NCBI GenBank assembly: GCA_037379345.1 | Contig: CM074512.1 | Location: forward strand, 59,479,597 to 59,543,596 | DNA length: 64,000 bases | Source of the DNA: Perna viridis | Lineage: Eukaryota | Direction of reading: 5' to 3' | In this document: in pieces, positions 1 through 15,300 of the stretch | Layout: every line of letters starts with the position of its first letter | Position numbering within the stretch: the first letter of the stretch is position 1 | Translations under genes and position numbers: made by a program | Notes under the pieces: model-generated | What the model saw: the letters and a program-made list of their open reading frames with translations, nothing else | What the model was told of the DNA's origin: nothing | The model's database searches: none

Positions 1-165
1 ATTTTCATTTAATTAGACAGATATTAGACAGTACTAAGACAGATGCACAGGTATTCAAGTTACAAACATATATTTATCATATAAACATTCATAAAGGCAC
101 AATATACATAAAATACTCAATCAAAATAATTATAGACATAATACTTAGATTACATAAAGTCTTAC

Positions 166-342
166 ATTATTTTGTCTAGCTGATGTTTGTAATACTGCAG
201 TGAGGAAGCCAGTAGGGAAAGTAAAACCTGATATCCAGTAAATCAGTGGTGGTTGGGCTTTCTTTGACCATTTAGATAGCTGTTCAACTCTTGCTACCAA
301 GTCCCTGGTCCATGAGGCAAGGGGCTTTAGGGAAGGATAGGC
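166..342 (-). CDS. DNAH2: DNAH2-like exon 52 (C-terminal domain)
   Basis: AG/GT; [15 protein letters not shown]...[17 protein letters not shown]. Confidence 0.93.
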
Positions 343-3300
343 CTGAAATAAAAACATGACTTGGAACTTTAAACATCCTTGTCAATATGTACAAACATTT
401 AAGTTAATATAATCACCATTACTTTAAACCTTTCTGTTTTATGTTAACCCCAAGCAACAGCACATGGTAAAAAGAATGACAGAAACATATACTTAATCAT
501 ACATTAGACAGTATTTTTTTTATTTATTTTTTTTTATTTTTATTTTTATTTTATTTTTCAAACAGTTCAGTTTTGGTAGGAAGCTAGTGTGTTAGTATTG
601 ATAATAGTCCTGTGTTTGTATTTAATTGTACAAAATATGTTGTCTGATTTATTTTATGTTCCCTATTTTTACATGTGACTCATTCTCAGACCTCTTTTGA
701 ATTCAGCTTCATCATGATTTACTGTGTATTCTATCGTCTGCATTAAATATAAGTAGGAGGGAGTTGGGGCCTCATCAAAATATTCGACACATCTTATCTT
801 TTTCACTCCTCCCAAGTCACAATCCTCTAGTCTTTGTTAATCTTGTGTGATTTTAAATTTTGTTCTTTTTGTTTTAAATGTTAAGGATATACGGTAATGA
901 GATGCCCATTTCGCTCAACTGGTATATCTGCTGTTTCAGGGGTCAGTTGAAGGCACACTCCAGGAGAGAAAAAATTTCTCACCACTCATTGACTCAAAGA
1001 CTGCCTTTGGCTTCTTTTTTTCACTGTTTGGTAAGATTGTTGTTTCTTAGAAACAATCCTTATTTCTGTTTTCTTCTGTAGTCAAGTCCAAAGTTACATA
1101 CATGTATTTTTAGTGCATCATATTTAGTTATGTTATTCAGCAACATTGTCCTATTGTATTTATATCTTTATAATTCTTCCTGATTGCCTTTATAGGTGAA
1201 ACCTTATAAAAACCGAACCCAGAATAATCGGAAAACCTGTCTAAACCAGTTTCAGAATAATCTGAAAACCTGTCTAAACCGACTCAGAATAGTCTGAAAA
1301 CCTGTCTAAACCAAACCCAGAATAATTCAAAAACCTGTCTAAACCAAACTCAGAATAATTCCAAAACCTGACTAAATCAGACCCTTTTTAAAATCCCCTT
1401 TTTATCATTTATATGTATTTTTAACCTTTGAAAATCAGACAAATGTCTAAACACAACCAATTCTAAAGTCCACAAGGGTTAGACAGGTATTATTGTATAT
1501 ATAAATGACCTGGATGTTGAAAATTTCTTAATTATGTGTGTCAAGTATTTTTACCTTAAGCCACATTGGAGGCACTCTTCCATCATATATACATTGAAAT
1601 GTATTTTCTAACTCTATTGTCATGACAATCAAACCCTTTATCCCCTTCTCTAGGTTCTTCAGAGCTGTTCTTATCTGTCCCATCAAGATGTTATACCTCT
1701 CAATCTAAAAGGACAAATTTAAAACAAAAACAAATAATTTAACTTCTAAAGCAACACACTTTTGTGTCCATCACTGATTACCTCATTGACAACCTTGTTA
1801 TGAGACTGTGAACATCATCAATCGTTTCTGATGATCTCTGTTGAATTTGATACTAAAATTGAATTATAACAATTGAGTGCTACATTTTTTCTGTGCAACT
1901 ATCATTGTGGTTGGTCATCAATCTGTCAAACCAATCTGTTAAACTGGTAATCACATCACATGACCACTGAGTCATAAGTATATGTTACAGATTCCGTCAA
2001 TTTTTCCACATATTTACTAAATGCATTAGATTTAAACATTAACTAATTACTTTTGTTATACATTTGTTTGATTTTTAATAAAGTATAAAATGTAGATTTA
2101 AAATCCTAAAATTAAGATAAATTTAGTATGGTTTTATATTGGATTCATTCCGATTGAAATTCTTAGATTTATACGCACAGATCATCTTTTATTTTACAGA
2201 GCAAATCTGGGATTACTAGTCATTGGTAATGGATCAGTCAGCAGTCATCGATCCATCAAATTGTTGTGTGGATCAGTTCAAGAACTATTAAAAGGTCAAA
2301 CAAATAAATGCACAAGATAATTATTGACAGATAAATATTTTAATTTTTTAACATCTTCTAGTTGAGTGAAATTCTTATTTTATGTGTATCATCTAGTATT
2401 ATGATGGTGCACACTTCAAAATAACTTACTACATGGCAAGCTTTCATTGATCCTCATAAAAAAGAATAACAAATTGCACAAAACAAACATTTAAAAGAAA
2501 AAAAAATTGTTACAAAGGACACATATCCACTAAACAAATTCGTCAGACTTTGAACCAGTGCATACCATGAATAACCAAGTTAATGAATTCTCTACATTCC
2601 CAGTTCAGTGACAAAAGAAAAAAATAAAATACAAATTAGTAGCTTGCTTCTTCAGTTGAGATATGACAAACTCGTCTCAAAATCTGATCATAAAATGTGA
2701 TAACTTGACCATGTGATTTAAAATCAACAGGAAAGACAGAAATCAAACAATAATTACTGAAATTGAATCTAAGAGTTATGGCATATCTTACCTCTTGTAG
2801 CAAAACAGTATTTATGGGTCTGTGGTCTGTCTCTAGTATCTTTACTGTTCCTTCATAATCTAAGTCATCTGGTATCTGTTTGAATATGTTAGCTGACAGT
2901 TCCAACACCTACAACCCAAACAAATTGTTAATGGTTTAAAATTACTAAAGTAAATTTATTTACTTTTTATAAACCAATCAAAGAATTAGATTGTGGTCAA
3001 GTAGATTAAATGTTTATTTTCATGCACTACCAATTAATAACCAACCAGCATGTTGCAACATTACTCCTTTTCACAAGTCTTTACATTATGGATGACTCTT
3101 AAAAAAAAAAACAACTAAATAATTATTCAAACTCCATGGTTTTATTTAGTATCCATAGGGCATGTTACATTATATACTTCCAGCCACTAAGGATCAAACC
3201 CTAGGCCTTGGGCTGCTTTGGGTGACAGTCCAGGACTTTTATAACCCACTTCCACAACTCAAGTAGGCCTTCCAGTCACACTTACTCTACATGATTAATA

Positions 3301-6300
3301 TACCATTTGTGGGGGCTTTTTTAATGTAATGGTGACATTAAATGGCACTTTACTGCAACTATACCAATTAATGGCATCCTCTTTCAGGTACAGTAAATTT
3401 ATAAATACCTCACTGGATATTCCTCTATATCATGGTCTTACAGCAAGATGAACTCTTGGGTGGGTGTATAAAGAGATCTATACACTTATAATTCAAGTTA
3501 CAGTCAAACCTCAGTAGCTCAAGCTCCAAGGGACTACTGAAATGTGTTCCAGTTATCAGGAGTTCAAGAAATTGAAGTTTGTGGATTTCCAGCCATTTTT
3601 TGTTGCCGGTACAAGTTTGACTTTATCATTAGAAATTGCTTACTTACTATGAAGTTTTGTTAGTTCTTGGATATTTTTCATTCATTTTTTGAAAGCTATG
3701 TTACTTTGTAGACAAATAAAAATGCTGTGTTTGCTTTAAAAAAAAATTCAGTTTGAGTTCCTTGGTCAATAATTTATGTCATCTTATTTTCTTTGATGCT
3801 GTCATTGTGCCAACTTCGGAACATTCTTGAACCTCAGTCAGTACTGTATAGTATGTTAGATTTAAAGTACCTAATTAGTGATGGCTTTTATTACCGGTAA
3901 TCAAATAAAATGACACTTTGATTAATAATAGGGTTTCAATGTTTCACATCTTTTATTACCCAAGCTAACAAAATGGCTGACCAGTTCAAGTTAATGAGGT
4001 TTATTCTCTAAGATTTATTACCAAAGAGACCAACTAGTCAGTTCCAGTGTTAAAAAAAACCAAGGTTATTTATACTGATTATGGAGGAGAAAAGTTTGGT
4101 ACTTCGAATTGTGTTCAAGAAATCCTGGGTATTCTAGCAATATGAGTTCGAGCGAGAGAGGTTCAACTGCATTGTCCAGACACCAAATATTTAAAGACAA
4201 CACATGATACAATTAAATTTCATTGTATCATATCAGGGAAGAATGAGCTACTGTCTTCATTTAATGAGTGTTAAAATGTCTAAGTTCATTACTATACAGT
4301 ACCTTGTCTTCCCGGCTTTCTCCACTTCCTGAAAGTGAAGTATTTGGCTGTAAACTAAGTAATGTATCAAACATCATTTTGGTTGCTTGTATTTGTGACT
4401 GAATATCAGCATTAGAATGTTGTCCAAAAGCTTCAGGATGATCTACTGTCGGCAACATACTGATATACTCTCTGTACACTGCTAGTGTTCCATCTTTAGG
4501 AATGTAGTATGTTGGAAGGGAAGAAAGCCTGTCATAAAAAATAGCAGAAATTTATATACATAATATATATATCAAGTTTCACTAAGTGAGGAGACACATA
4601 ACAAATTAAAATGTGTAATCTTTAAAATGATCTTACTTGCAATAACAAACAATTCTAAGTATCTTTTTCATTTTTTTATGCTGTTTAAATGATATGCAGT
4701 TATGCAAAGAAATCATTATGCACTTTGTGTCTTGTTTGTAACAACCCACAGAAATCTCTCGGTGATAATAATTCTAGATTCAATGATAGCAGAATATCCT
4801 CTTTACATGTAGGGAAACATACGGGAAGAATGTGGTATTAAGGACAGCATCCTGGAAGAATTCAGAGATGTATGTTGTAAGGAGTCGTCTGTCCCAGTCA
4901 TCAGTCACATGACCTCCATACACAATACCTGCTACTAAGTATTTCATAGCATCCCATGGTGTCTCATCATAATGGTCTACATACATACACACCAGATTTT
5001 CAGATACCTGTCAATATAATGCATGTGATTATTTTTAACAATAGACCCTTTTGTGGTAATTTCTGAGCATGCTCAGTTGGTACTTCCTTGAGGTTAATGC
5101 TACCAATACCTGTAAAAACTTGTCATCATATTTTCAACAGGAAATAGTTTAACTTACCTCACAGAAATACTAACTAAAGCTGATCAGAAAATTAGCATGA
5201 AATGGTCTTTTGAAGCTATTTTGAGTTTGATATAAAACATATCATGTAACAGAAAACTGAGGCTTCAGAGAGTTTGATTTAGGTTATCACTACATAATAG
5301 ATTTAACTCATTACTTGCTTTTAAAGTGCAAAACCCTGAAAAATGGACATGCAAAAATTGAAATGAAAGCATTTACTCTAAAATGAAAACCGAGCTTAGT
5401 TCCATACCAGTATTTGTTTTGATTTATAACACAGGCATACATAATTTTTTTAGATTCAAACCCTTAAGATATTTATCTCCAAAAAAATTAATGATAAGGT
5501 GTGACTGATCTGAACATTATTAATAGTGAGAAAATGGGACAAATTGGCTGAAAAAAACTTGTAAAATTTCATGTAAATGTAAATTTTTAGACTAAAGCAG
5601 TAGTATTATTTTATAGAACAATTCCAATTCATGTTGAGTAAGTTGCACTTCTATTTTTTGTGTATAATAGTGAACAAGGGTAGAAATTTCATAAAAACTG
5701 ATACTAAACTGAATTCCAGATTGAACCAAAGTATTGAAAATCTCAAAGCCTAATAAAATCACTGTATTATAATGATATTAAATTTTAATATAATTTTTTT
5801 TCCTCATGTTCCACCAAAAATATGAAATTGATGCCATGATAAAAAAAAAACATTAACATAAACTTTCTTTTTAATTCCAAACATGGTCTACACATCTGAA
5901 ACTTGTTTTTAAGAAAAGAAAAAAAATATAAAATTCTGATGTACCAAATGACAAAAGGTAAAAAAGCTTATAAATCTTTCAGAACCAGTTACAAGTATAC
6001 ATGTGGCAAAATAAATCACTTAAGGTGGGTAGACCTGGAGAAAGGGACATAACTCTTGAAATCAGTGATATGTTTGTATCATAGTTAATTTCACCAAAGC
6101 CTCTCAAGCTTTCCTTTGGATCAGAATGAAATCAGTCCAAATTACTTTGATGCTTACATGAGATTGATGTAATGTGATGAATACAAACATTCCAAAGATT
6201 TGTAAGAGTTGTGTCACTTACCCCAGGTCTACCTCCTAAAGTTAGTTGTAAAAGGGGCAAACCTCAAAGTCAGAATCATTAAATTCATAAGTGATATTCC

Positions 6301-9300
6301 AGCCAAGCATGAGAAACTTCTTCCTTTCTAACAGGAGAGAGTGGAAAAAACACAGGGCAAACAATATCTTCTTGTACTTGTCTTGTTTAGAACATCTTTG
6401 AAATTGTGCATCTGTGATGTGGGTATAAAGTCTCTTTAGGTTGGCTTTCAAACCCTAAAAAAAAAAAAAAAAAAAAAACGAAAATAAAGTTATAGAATAG
6501 CTTGTCATTTCAGAGTCTTTACAAGTTTTAAAATGAAAATTCAATGGCTCAAAAATTACATCCTAGCTTAGGATTCTTCAATCAGATTATTGATTTTACC
6601 TTTGAATCTAAAATTTTGTCGTAATTAATTTGATCTCTTAATTACTGTATGCAACATTTTTTGCAGCAACTTGATAATACAATCAAGAAAATTTTCACAA
6701 CATACATAAAAGTATACTAATTATTATTCATACACTTTAATGTATCAGTCAAATAAGGGTAAAAACAAAATTACCAAATGCTAATCTGATTCATAATCAA
6801 GTCAAAAAAAAAAAACAAACAAACAAATAAGATTTTTGAAACTGAATCAAAGATTCTTTTGAGTATACATGGTCACATCTGCTTTCAATTTTTGCTGTTT
6901 AAAAAAGGGATAAGTGTTATAGTGTAGAAACATCTGCAGAGTTTTAAATTTTTCTATATTTGTGAGGATTGAGGTTTGGGGATCACAAAAATAAAAGCTT
7001 GCCAAATTCTAGTCCAGATATTTAACATACTGTGAAAGTACATTAAAATTCGTGGATACCAATTTTTGTGGATTAGGGAAGAAACACAAATTCGTGGATT
7101 CTTGAATTCATGGTTTTTAGGTTTTCAGAATAAACTTCAGTGGAAATCTCCTTTTCATTAGGAACCAAATTTCATGGTTTGGCCTACCCACGAAAACCAC
7201 GAAAATTGGTACCCATGAACAATAATACTTTCACAGTATATTTTTCATTCTTTGAAATATGAAGGATGAAAACTTAATAATCCTATACACAGTGCAAATT
7301 GTGAAATTTGACACTCCCGAAAATTATCTGCAATATGGTATAGTGTTAAAAATCAATTTTGCAGGTTGCTTTTCAATACTTTAAAGTTCATCACAAAAAT
7401 TGAAAAATTAGTACACAACAAAAATTAATACTTTAACAACAGTAATTCAATGATCTGAATGCATAAGAACAAACTTGGTATGAAGAGTTTTACCTTGGGT
7501 GGTTCTGTTGTCATTTTGACCCCTGCCTGTAGTATGGTTATTGGGAAGTTAGGATGTGGACTACTGCTGAGCCATAGTCTGAACTCTGGATGTGGTTCTT
7601 TCGCCATTGTCTGAAACTCTTCTATTATCTTGTGAAGTTGTGGCATCCAGCTCAATGACAAATGACAATTTGCCAAGAAAACCCAGTTACCCTAAAACAT
7701 GAGAGGCAGCCATTTAAAATGGAAGCAAAACTCAGAATTAAAATTTCTTACACAATTTCAGTTGATTCAAATTTAAGTTTGTATTCCTCACAAGGTAATA
7801 AAGCACTGTTACATGTCCCCTACTAAATTTTATGGAATGAAATTGCTTAACAGAGATATATGACAACACTGAATAAAAATTGGAGAGACAGGAAACAACT
7901 GTACTCGATGAAATTCTATGCAAAATAAAAATAAATAATAACAAATGTAACTTACTTCTCTGACTCCTTCTTTTATCAGCCTGGTAGCTATTGGCGCCTG
8001 ACCTTGACCCAGTGATAAAGCATTAAAGTTGTTTGCTAGACCTTTACTCTCAGCTAACTGTAACAGCTGATTTGTAGGATCCTATAGAATGAAGAGTGTA
8101 CAGGGCAATGAATATCAAAATAACATTTATCTGTCCACATATCTTGTAAGCAAAATCAAATAGACATCAAATATTTACATGAAGGAACACCTGTATATCT
8201 TTGACAGGGATGTAATCTAACTTACGTACATGAAGGAACACCTGTATATCTTTGACAGGGATGTAATCTAACTTAAACATTTATGTGACAAAACCTTGTA
8301 AGCACAACTACCCATAAACCATGATTTTGATGAAAGGTTATCTAGATGTGGGTAAATGTTAATATAATTATCCAATACCTGTACCTGTAATAGAAAAACT
8401 GTGAACAATGCTTGATATTCCCCACTCCCCCATTTGATACCATGCATCTTTTGACCTCTATATTGATTTGGATCAAAATCTTAAATAGGAGGGGCAAAAT
8501 TGAAACATGTAATAAACATTGTATCAATTCTATTCATTGTAGTAGGAGGAGTAACAGATAAGAGGTGGATCTGCCAATTGTAATTGAAAAAAGGTAGGAA
8601 GGAAGTTTCACTATACACCCCAACTTGCATATAAAAAAATAAACCTTCAATTTTTTTTTTTTCATTAGTATTGAAAACATGATCGATGTGATTCTTGACA
8701 TGAGTCCAGATTATATACTTACAGCACCAGGTGACAGGACAAATATCAGCGGAGTTTTACAGGATGAGTCATCTATAACCTGTATCATATCTAATGTTGG
8801 AGGATCTGTGAACTTGGACCCAAGGTGGTTTATAATGAAAGATGTACAACAGAAAGAAACACGATCTGGACGTAGAGAACGCACAAACAACATCTTCTGT
8901 AACTCGTTACAGCCATTCTCCCAGTCTCCTGTAAACAATAAATATATAAAGGAATAAAATACCTCAAGGAGAGGGTAGATTATATGAATCACCTTGTCCG
9001 TTTGTTCAAATTTCATTGCAGTTTTGTCGGCTTTTTATAATTATGGGTGCTAAAATTTTTTCTCATAAAATCTTGACTCACAATGGACAGATTGATTTTA
9101 AATTTGGTTTGTTGCTTCATATAGATGGGGTATATGTTGTAAGCAATTTTGACTGCTCTCCAAGATCAACTTCATGTATGAGTGGGGGTATGCCTAGTAT
9201 GATCAATGTGTGCAAATTCATGTTTTGTTTGTTAACATTTGTTTTTTCTGGTTTTCACTGCTGTCTGAAAGGGTTTCTTCCAAATTTGAATTGAACATTT

Positions 9301-12300
9301 AATCTGCAAAGACTTGTTCAAAACCAATGAAAAATTTGTCAGTGATCTACAAAGAAAAGGTTTAAAAAATAGAATGTGTTACTCCTTTCCATTCCAATGT
9401 CTTTTTTTTATGATAAAGCAATCACACCCTCTATATTAGTGACTTTCTTTTGGTAGATTAATAAACAGCTGCACTTTAAGGGCATGATACTCCAATTGCC
9501 CTTTTAACTTGTTCTTATGCTTTTAATGAATTTATATGATCGACTAGAAATATTGTGAATACCCTCCCCCCCCTCCAAAAAAAAATTAATAAAAAATGCA
9601 CAAAAAATTTGGCAATATCAAGGCTACCTCAATTTTAACTAAGTTTGTTATCTTGATTTTTCACCCATACATTTCTATCTTGTTTAAAACACACTCTTCT
9701 GACAAGGTTACCAAGCACCTTTTATATTTATATGTCAATCATCATAACAAATGGTCTTTCAACAAATAAAATTTCCTTGGCCATTTCCGGCCTTTTTTAA
9801 AGAGTAAAACTTCATAACACAGAAACGTAAAATTTGACATTTATACAAATCGGAAGATAGATATGAACAGTTCACCAAAGTTTCATAAAAGTTGGTGAAA
9901 TGGTTTTTGAGTTATTAATTGTCCCAAAACTTGAAAATCACCCCTTTTTTAAGGAAAAAAATTAATAACACGGAAACGAAAAATCTGAAATTTATAACAA
10001 TCGAAAGGGAGCTTACGTCAATAGATATGAACAATTCACTAAAGTTTCATTAAAGTTAGTAAAGCGTTGTGGACGACGGACGGACAACGGTATACCATAA
10101 TATGTCCCGAATTTGATGGGCGTATAAAAATTATATGCTACATCAGCAGTGTTAGTGGAGTACTAATTTATCTCAGTTGGAAGAGGATTGGTTTACACTG
10201 CCACTGGATTCTCATCAGATTTCTTAATAGCAGTGTTTTAAATATTGTTGGGTGCACCATACTATACTATCTATACTATTCAAGAGCAAATCATTAGTAC
10301 AAGGAAATCATTGCTTTGTAAAAAAAAACTATAATCAATAACATCCTTAATGGTAACTTTACAAAACAAAAGTTAATTGTAACTAATCTGAACTAGAATA
10401 AAATGCTTTGCTTACAATATTGGTTCCAGTTACAACCCATAGAAGTCAATCCCAGCTTTTCTTTAGAAATATGTCACTTCATGGTACAATTTCAAAGAGA
10501 TCCATTACCTATCAGTCAAGTTATTGTCCGGATATCATGAAAACACTTGTGCCTAGTCCATTTTGTACCCCTAATTTCCAAATCTTTTTAGTCACCAAAA
10601 ATCAATGTAAGTCTTCCTTTTTCTGCCATTGTACTTTGTGGTGCAACTTCATACAGATTCATTCATTTACAGTCAAGTTCTTGTTCAGATATAATAAAAA
10701 AATGCTTATTTCTGGCCCTTTTTTGGTCCTTAATCCCTAAGCAAATAATATGAAAAAATCAATCAAAGCCTTCCTTTTGTAGTATGGCACCTGGTGATAC
10801 AATTTCACGAAGATCCATTTAAGTTATTTTCTAGATTTCATGAACATGCTTGTTTCTGGTCCCTTGTTAACCTTCTTTTTGTAGTATCAAACAATGTGGA
10901 ACAATTTCATTGAGATCCACTTACTTATAATCAAGTAATTGTCCAGATAACATGAAAATTTATTAACATGTTCCTTAATTCCCTGTCGGTTCCAGTCACA
11001 ACTCCTAAAATCATTGACAACAACACAGACAACAAGAACGGCATGATACTACTTATAGCTACAATATTTTGTGGCCATAAAAAAACTGTGAGCAATGCTC
11101 AATTAATTGATATCCCGAATCCCCAATTTGATAACATAGGCTTTTAACCTCCAATTAATTTGGATCAAGTTTTTTTTTTAAAAAGAGGTTGCAGGGTGCT
11201 AATATGTAATAAAGATTCTGTGAAAGTTTTATTAAATTTCACTTAGCAGCATAGAAGGAATGGGTCCCACATGTCCCTATATTCATAAATAATTAAGTCT
11301 ATGTTACACTATATGAAACCCCAAAATTTAAATGGATTAAAATTTAAAAAAAGAGGTGCACAATGGGATTATCAAATTAAGATTCTGTAAAGGTTTATTA
11401 AATCTCATTCAGTCATGTAGGAGGAGTAACAGATAAGAGATCAGTCTCTATTTGCATAATGGGAGAAAGGACAGACATCCCTATTATTATATACACCACA
11501 ATTGGTAAGGTTATTTATACTGACTATACCTGGCCATAGAGATGGTTTAACAGAAGAGTACATTACCTGGCAGTGGAGATGTCTCTGGTTCAACAGAAGA
11601 GTACCTAAGCTGGCAGTTAAGATGTTTATGGTTCAGCAGAAGAGTACATTTCCTGGTAGAGGAGAAGTCTCTGGTTCAGAAGAAAAGTACATTACCTGGC
11701 AACAGCAATGTCTCTGGTTCAGCAGAAGAGTACCTAACCTGACAATGGAGAGGTCTCTAGTTTAGAAGAAGAGTATATTACCTTGCAGTGGAGATGTCTC
11801 TGGTTCAACAGAAGAGTACAACACCAGGCAATGGAGATTTCTCTAGTGTTACACAGAAGAGCATATTACCTGGCAGCAGAGATGTCTCTAGTTCAGCAGA
11901 AGAGTATATTACCTGGCAGAGGAGATGTCTCTGGTTCAGCAGAAGAGTATATTACCTGGCAGTGGAGATGTCTCTGGTTCGGTAGAAGAGTATATTACCT
12001 GGCAGAGGAGATGTCTCTGGTTCAGCAGAAGAGTATATTACCTGGCAGTGGAGATGTCTCTGGTTCGGTAGAAGAGTATATTACCTGGCAGCGGAGATGT
12101 CTCTGGTTCAGCAGAAGAGTACCATTTATGCCAATCCTTCGGATACTGTTCAAATGATGTAATAATTCCATGAAAGTTGGTCAGTTTGTCTAGTTCTGTT
12201 ATGTTGTCCCAAGCTGAATCTGATAACCAGTTGGAGCATGGATTGTCTATCTGACTGTCTTTGTCTATAACCTGGGAAATAAGTCAAAAAGTAAAAATTC

Positions 12301-15300
12301 ACAGTTCAGGATCAATGTGTATTCAAAACTAATTCTCTCATCCATAAAAAAAGTAACATGCCCTAATTAAAGCTAATATTTCAATGTTCAATAAAGTCAA
12401 AGGAGAAAAGTAAAAATTAAAAAAAATTACAATATGATCCATGATTTATAATCTTCAAACAGAGAAACTAATTTAACTTATTCTATATGGATATTTGATT
12501 CATGTCTACTGCATACAATCTTCAACAACATCTGCAATCATGGACTAAATAGATGGAGTCCAAATATGTATGTTAATTGGAACTGTTTTTCAGTTTTTGC
12601 TCTTCTTTTTGTAAGAAAAACAAACTTACAATTCCACCATGAAGGAAGAAGTTATATTCATCCAAGTTTATTTTATTGGCTGCTTCTAAGATCTTGACAC
12701 ACATTTGGAAGGACATTAACAGTTTATGCTTCTCAAACAAACCCCTACATCCATACCTTAAAGATACAAATTAATATAAAACAATGTTTAAAATGTAAGT
12801 CAATGAATATAAAAGACATGAAGAATTATACAAATTTGTATTTTTGTATATTATAAGTTCTGATATTACTGTATTTTATCATTTATATTGAAAAGGAACA
12901 GTAATATCAGACCGAGTATTTGAATCAGAATGTTTAAGCTTTGCAAGACATTTTTTAAGATCAATTGAAACTAGTACTAGTAGGTAACTAGGTATCATTA
13001 ATCTAAACCACCTTGCATATTACGGTAGTCCAGTCAAAATAAATTACAAACTTAAACAAATTGTAACAGAAAATGTTTTGATTTAAATATATAGCCTATT
13101 CCCCATATATACACAGCAAAAAGTCTTAAAAATTCCAAGTTGAAGAAAACTCAAAATAAGCATTTTAATTTAAATTGGAAAGGCAAGATAATTCAATAAA
13201 AGTTTTCTTTTCCAGTTTTTGTCCATGTAAAGCATGATACTTCGATTAACGTTTTTGTTCCTTATCAACTATCTCACATATTATGCTGCCCATGTTATTT
13301 AACACATCTGAATTTAAATTTTTTAGTAATTTTTAAATACAGAAAAAAGCTTAATTTCTGGTACTTTTGATTTTATTTTAATTGGTATTGTTCATATATC
13401 TAAGCTATTTATCAACAGTTTTAACTTTGTTAAAAGGATCTTTTAACCGCAAAAAGTAAAAGATTTACTTCATCATTTATATGAATATTCTTTAACTTTA
13501 TAATCTCGAAAAATGGACACATGGTTAACTATTTGGCCGGTAAATCTATTAACAAAGTTCTTTTTAGGTTGTAGATGATCCCCTGATTAATGCCTACAAT
13601 CTCTACATTTAACTTATCAGATATTAAAGGCATAGTTATGATTTTGTATCAAAATTTATTGTTATTTCAGCCATTTTTATGGAGTTATCTCCCATATACA
13701 ATGTTAATTTGAGGTTTCCAAACATTAAATTTTGTTAGACTTTTGTCTGTGTTAATTTCATTCATAATGCAACAGATTAGAAATTGAAAAGCTTCTATCA
13801 CAATTTGTTTAAATTTAGGGTAAAAATTTTGCTATATCAACTACCATTCAATAAGATTGTAATTTCTGTAAAATATCTTTGTAATTTCTGTAAAATATCT
13901 TACTTATAAACTGCATAAGTGTGGTACTCATTTAGGTTTGAAATTCTCTCATCTAATTTCATGCTCTTCTGACTTCTATCAATTGACTGAAGAAAAAGTT
14001 CTATGTAGGAGTCCAAAGAGAACTGGTACATAGGATCAATCAGGCCCATGTCATTCAGTACAAAAAACAGAATGGAGGCTCTCTGGGCACATGGTCGGTA
14101 ACCCTGTAAACAAGATATATATAAGAATCAAATATTCTTTAGACAATATGTAACTAACATAAAGTAAAGCATAAACATTAAGATATTCCCCATCATGTAA
14201 TGGTGAAAAAAGGGGGATGGGAAAATGTTAGAAATAACCTCATGGTTAAAAAAATCTGTGAAATTTGAAATTTCATGGCACAGGCAAATGCATAAATAAA
14301 AAAAAAAATCTATTCTCAAGTTATCATATGGAAACTCTTGGGTGAAGAACAAACAGACAGACGAACACATAACTTTTTGGAGGGTGTTACATTATATTGC
14401 CACTTTATTGGTTGGGGTATAAAAAATAGTATTTCAACCATTTTCATCTTTATACTTCTCATCCAACATCAACTTATTCTGAGTTATAATTTGATGAAAA
14501 AAACATTTATGGAGCAAACTTGAAAGGGAAGATCATGGCATGGGTGGTCTGCCTTGGGACCATGAACTATAAAAAAGTTTTAGAGGGGGAACTTCAATAA
14601 TCCCAACTTGCAATATTCTTCAATTTGGACAAAAATAATAAATGGAGAATGCTCTTTTCATATCTTACAAGAAAATATAATTAATACTAGAAAAAAAAAC
14701 TGTGAGCAAAACTCACTTGCTGGTATCCAACACTCCCCCCCCCCACCCAAGATAATATAGGAACCACAAGTCATTCAGATGGAAAAACAAAATAGAAGGT
14801 GCACAATGACATCATAAATTTGTGAACATTTCATCAAATTTAGAGGAATTACCAACTAACAGGTGGTAATCTTCTGCCCAAGTAATGCCAAAGTCTATTT
14901 TTTGCATCAGGAAATGTCAATATCTTTTAGATTGAAAAAAAAAAACAGGAGCATAATGGTATAATGTAATAAAAAGTTTAAGAAAGTTTTATAAAATTTC
15001 ATTCATCATTTTCTGAAAAGTTACAGATTAGGACTGAGGAAGGAAGAACAGAAAAGAAGCATCACCATACACCTACCACAGAGGGATGTGTAATTAGTCA
15101 TAACATAAGATGTTACAATACTATTTTCTATTATGAACTCATAAATTACCACCAATTTTACACTTATCATTTTTTAAATCAACCACTTAAGCAGATCATT
15201 GTCTTGTTTTCTGGTAAAGAATAGATTTCCAAAGATATTCATCAAATTGTAAAACATCTAACAGTTCTAAACAGTGCAGCGTAGGAAAACATATGCAATA

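Noticed and set aside
8679-8957. Plus-strand ORFs overlapping exons (also 19470-19748, 46358-46657, 46724-46975, 58414-58653)
   Set aside because: Antisense shadows of dynein exons; no independent evidence
11502-12157. Plus-strand repetitive ORFs ([13 protein letters not shown]... / [13 protein letters not shown]...) and a CRISPR-like look
   Set aside because: They are antisense translations of the 43-bp exon-end array. Units are contiguous with no unique spacers, there are no cas genes, and the context is eukaryotic.
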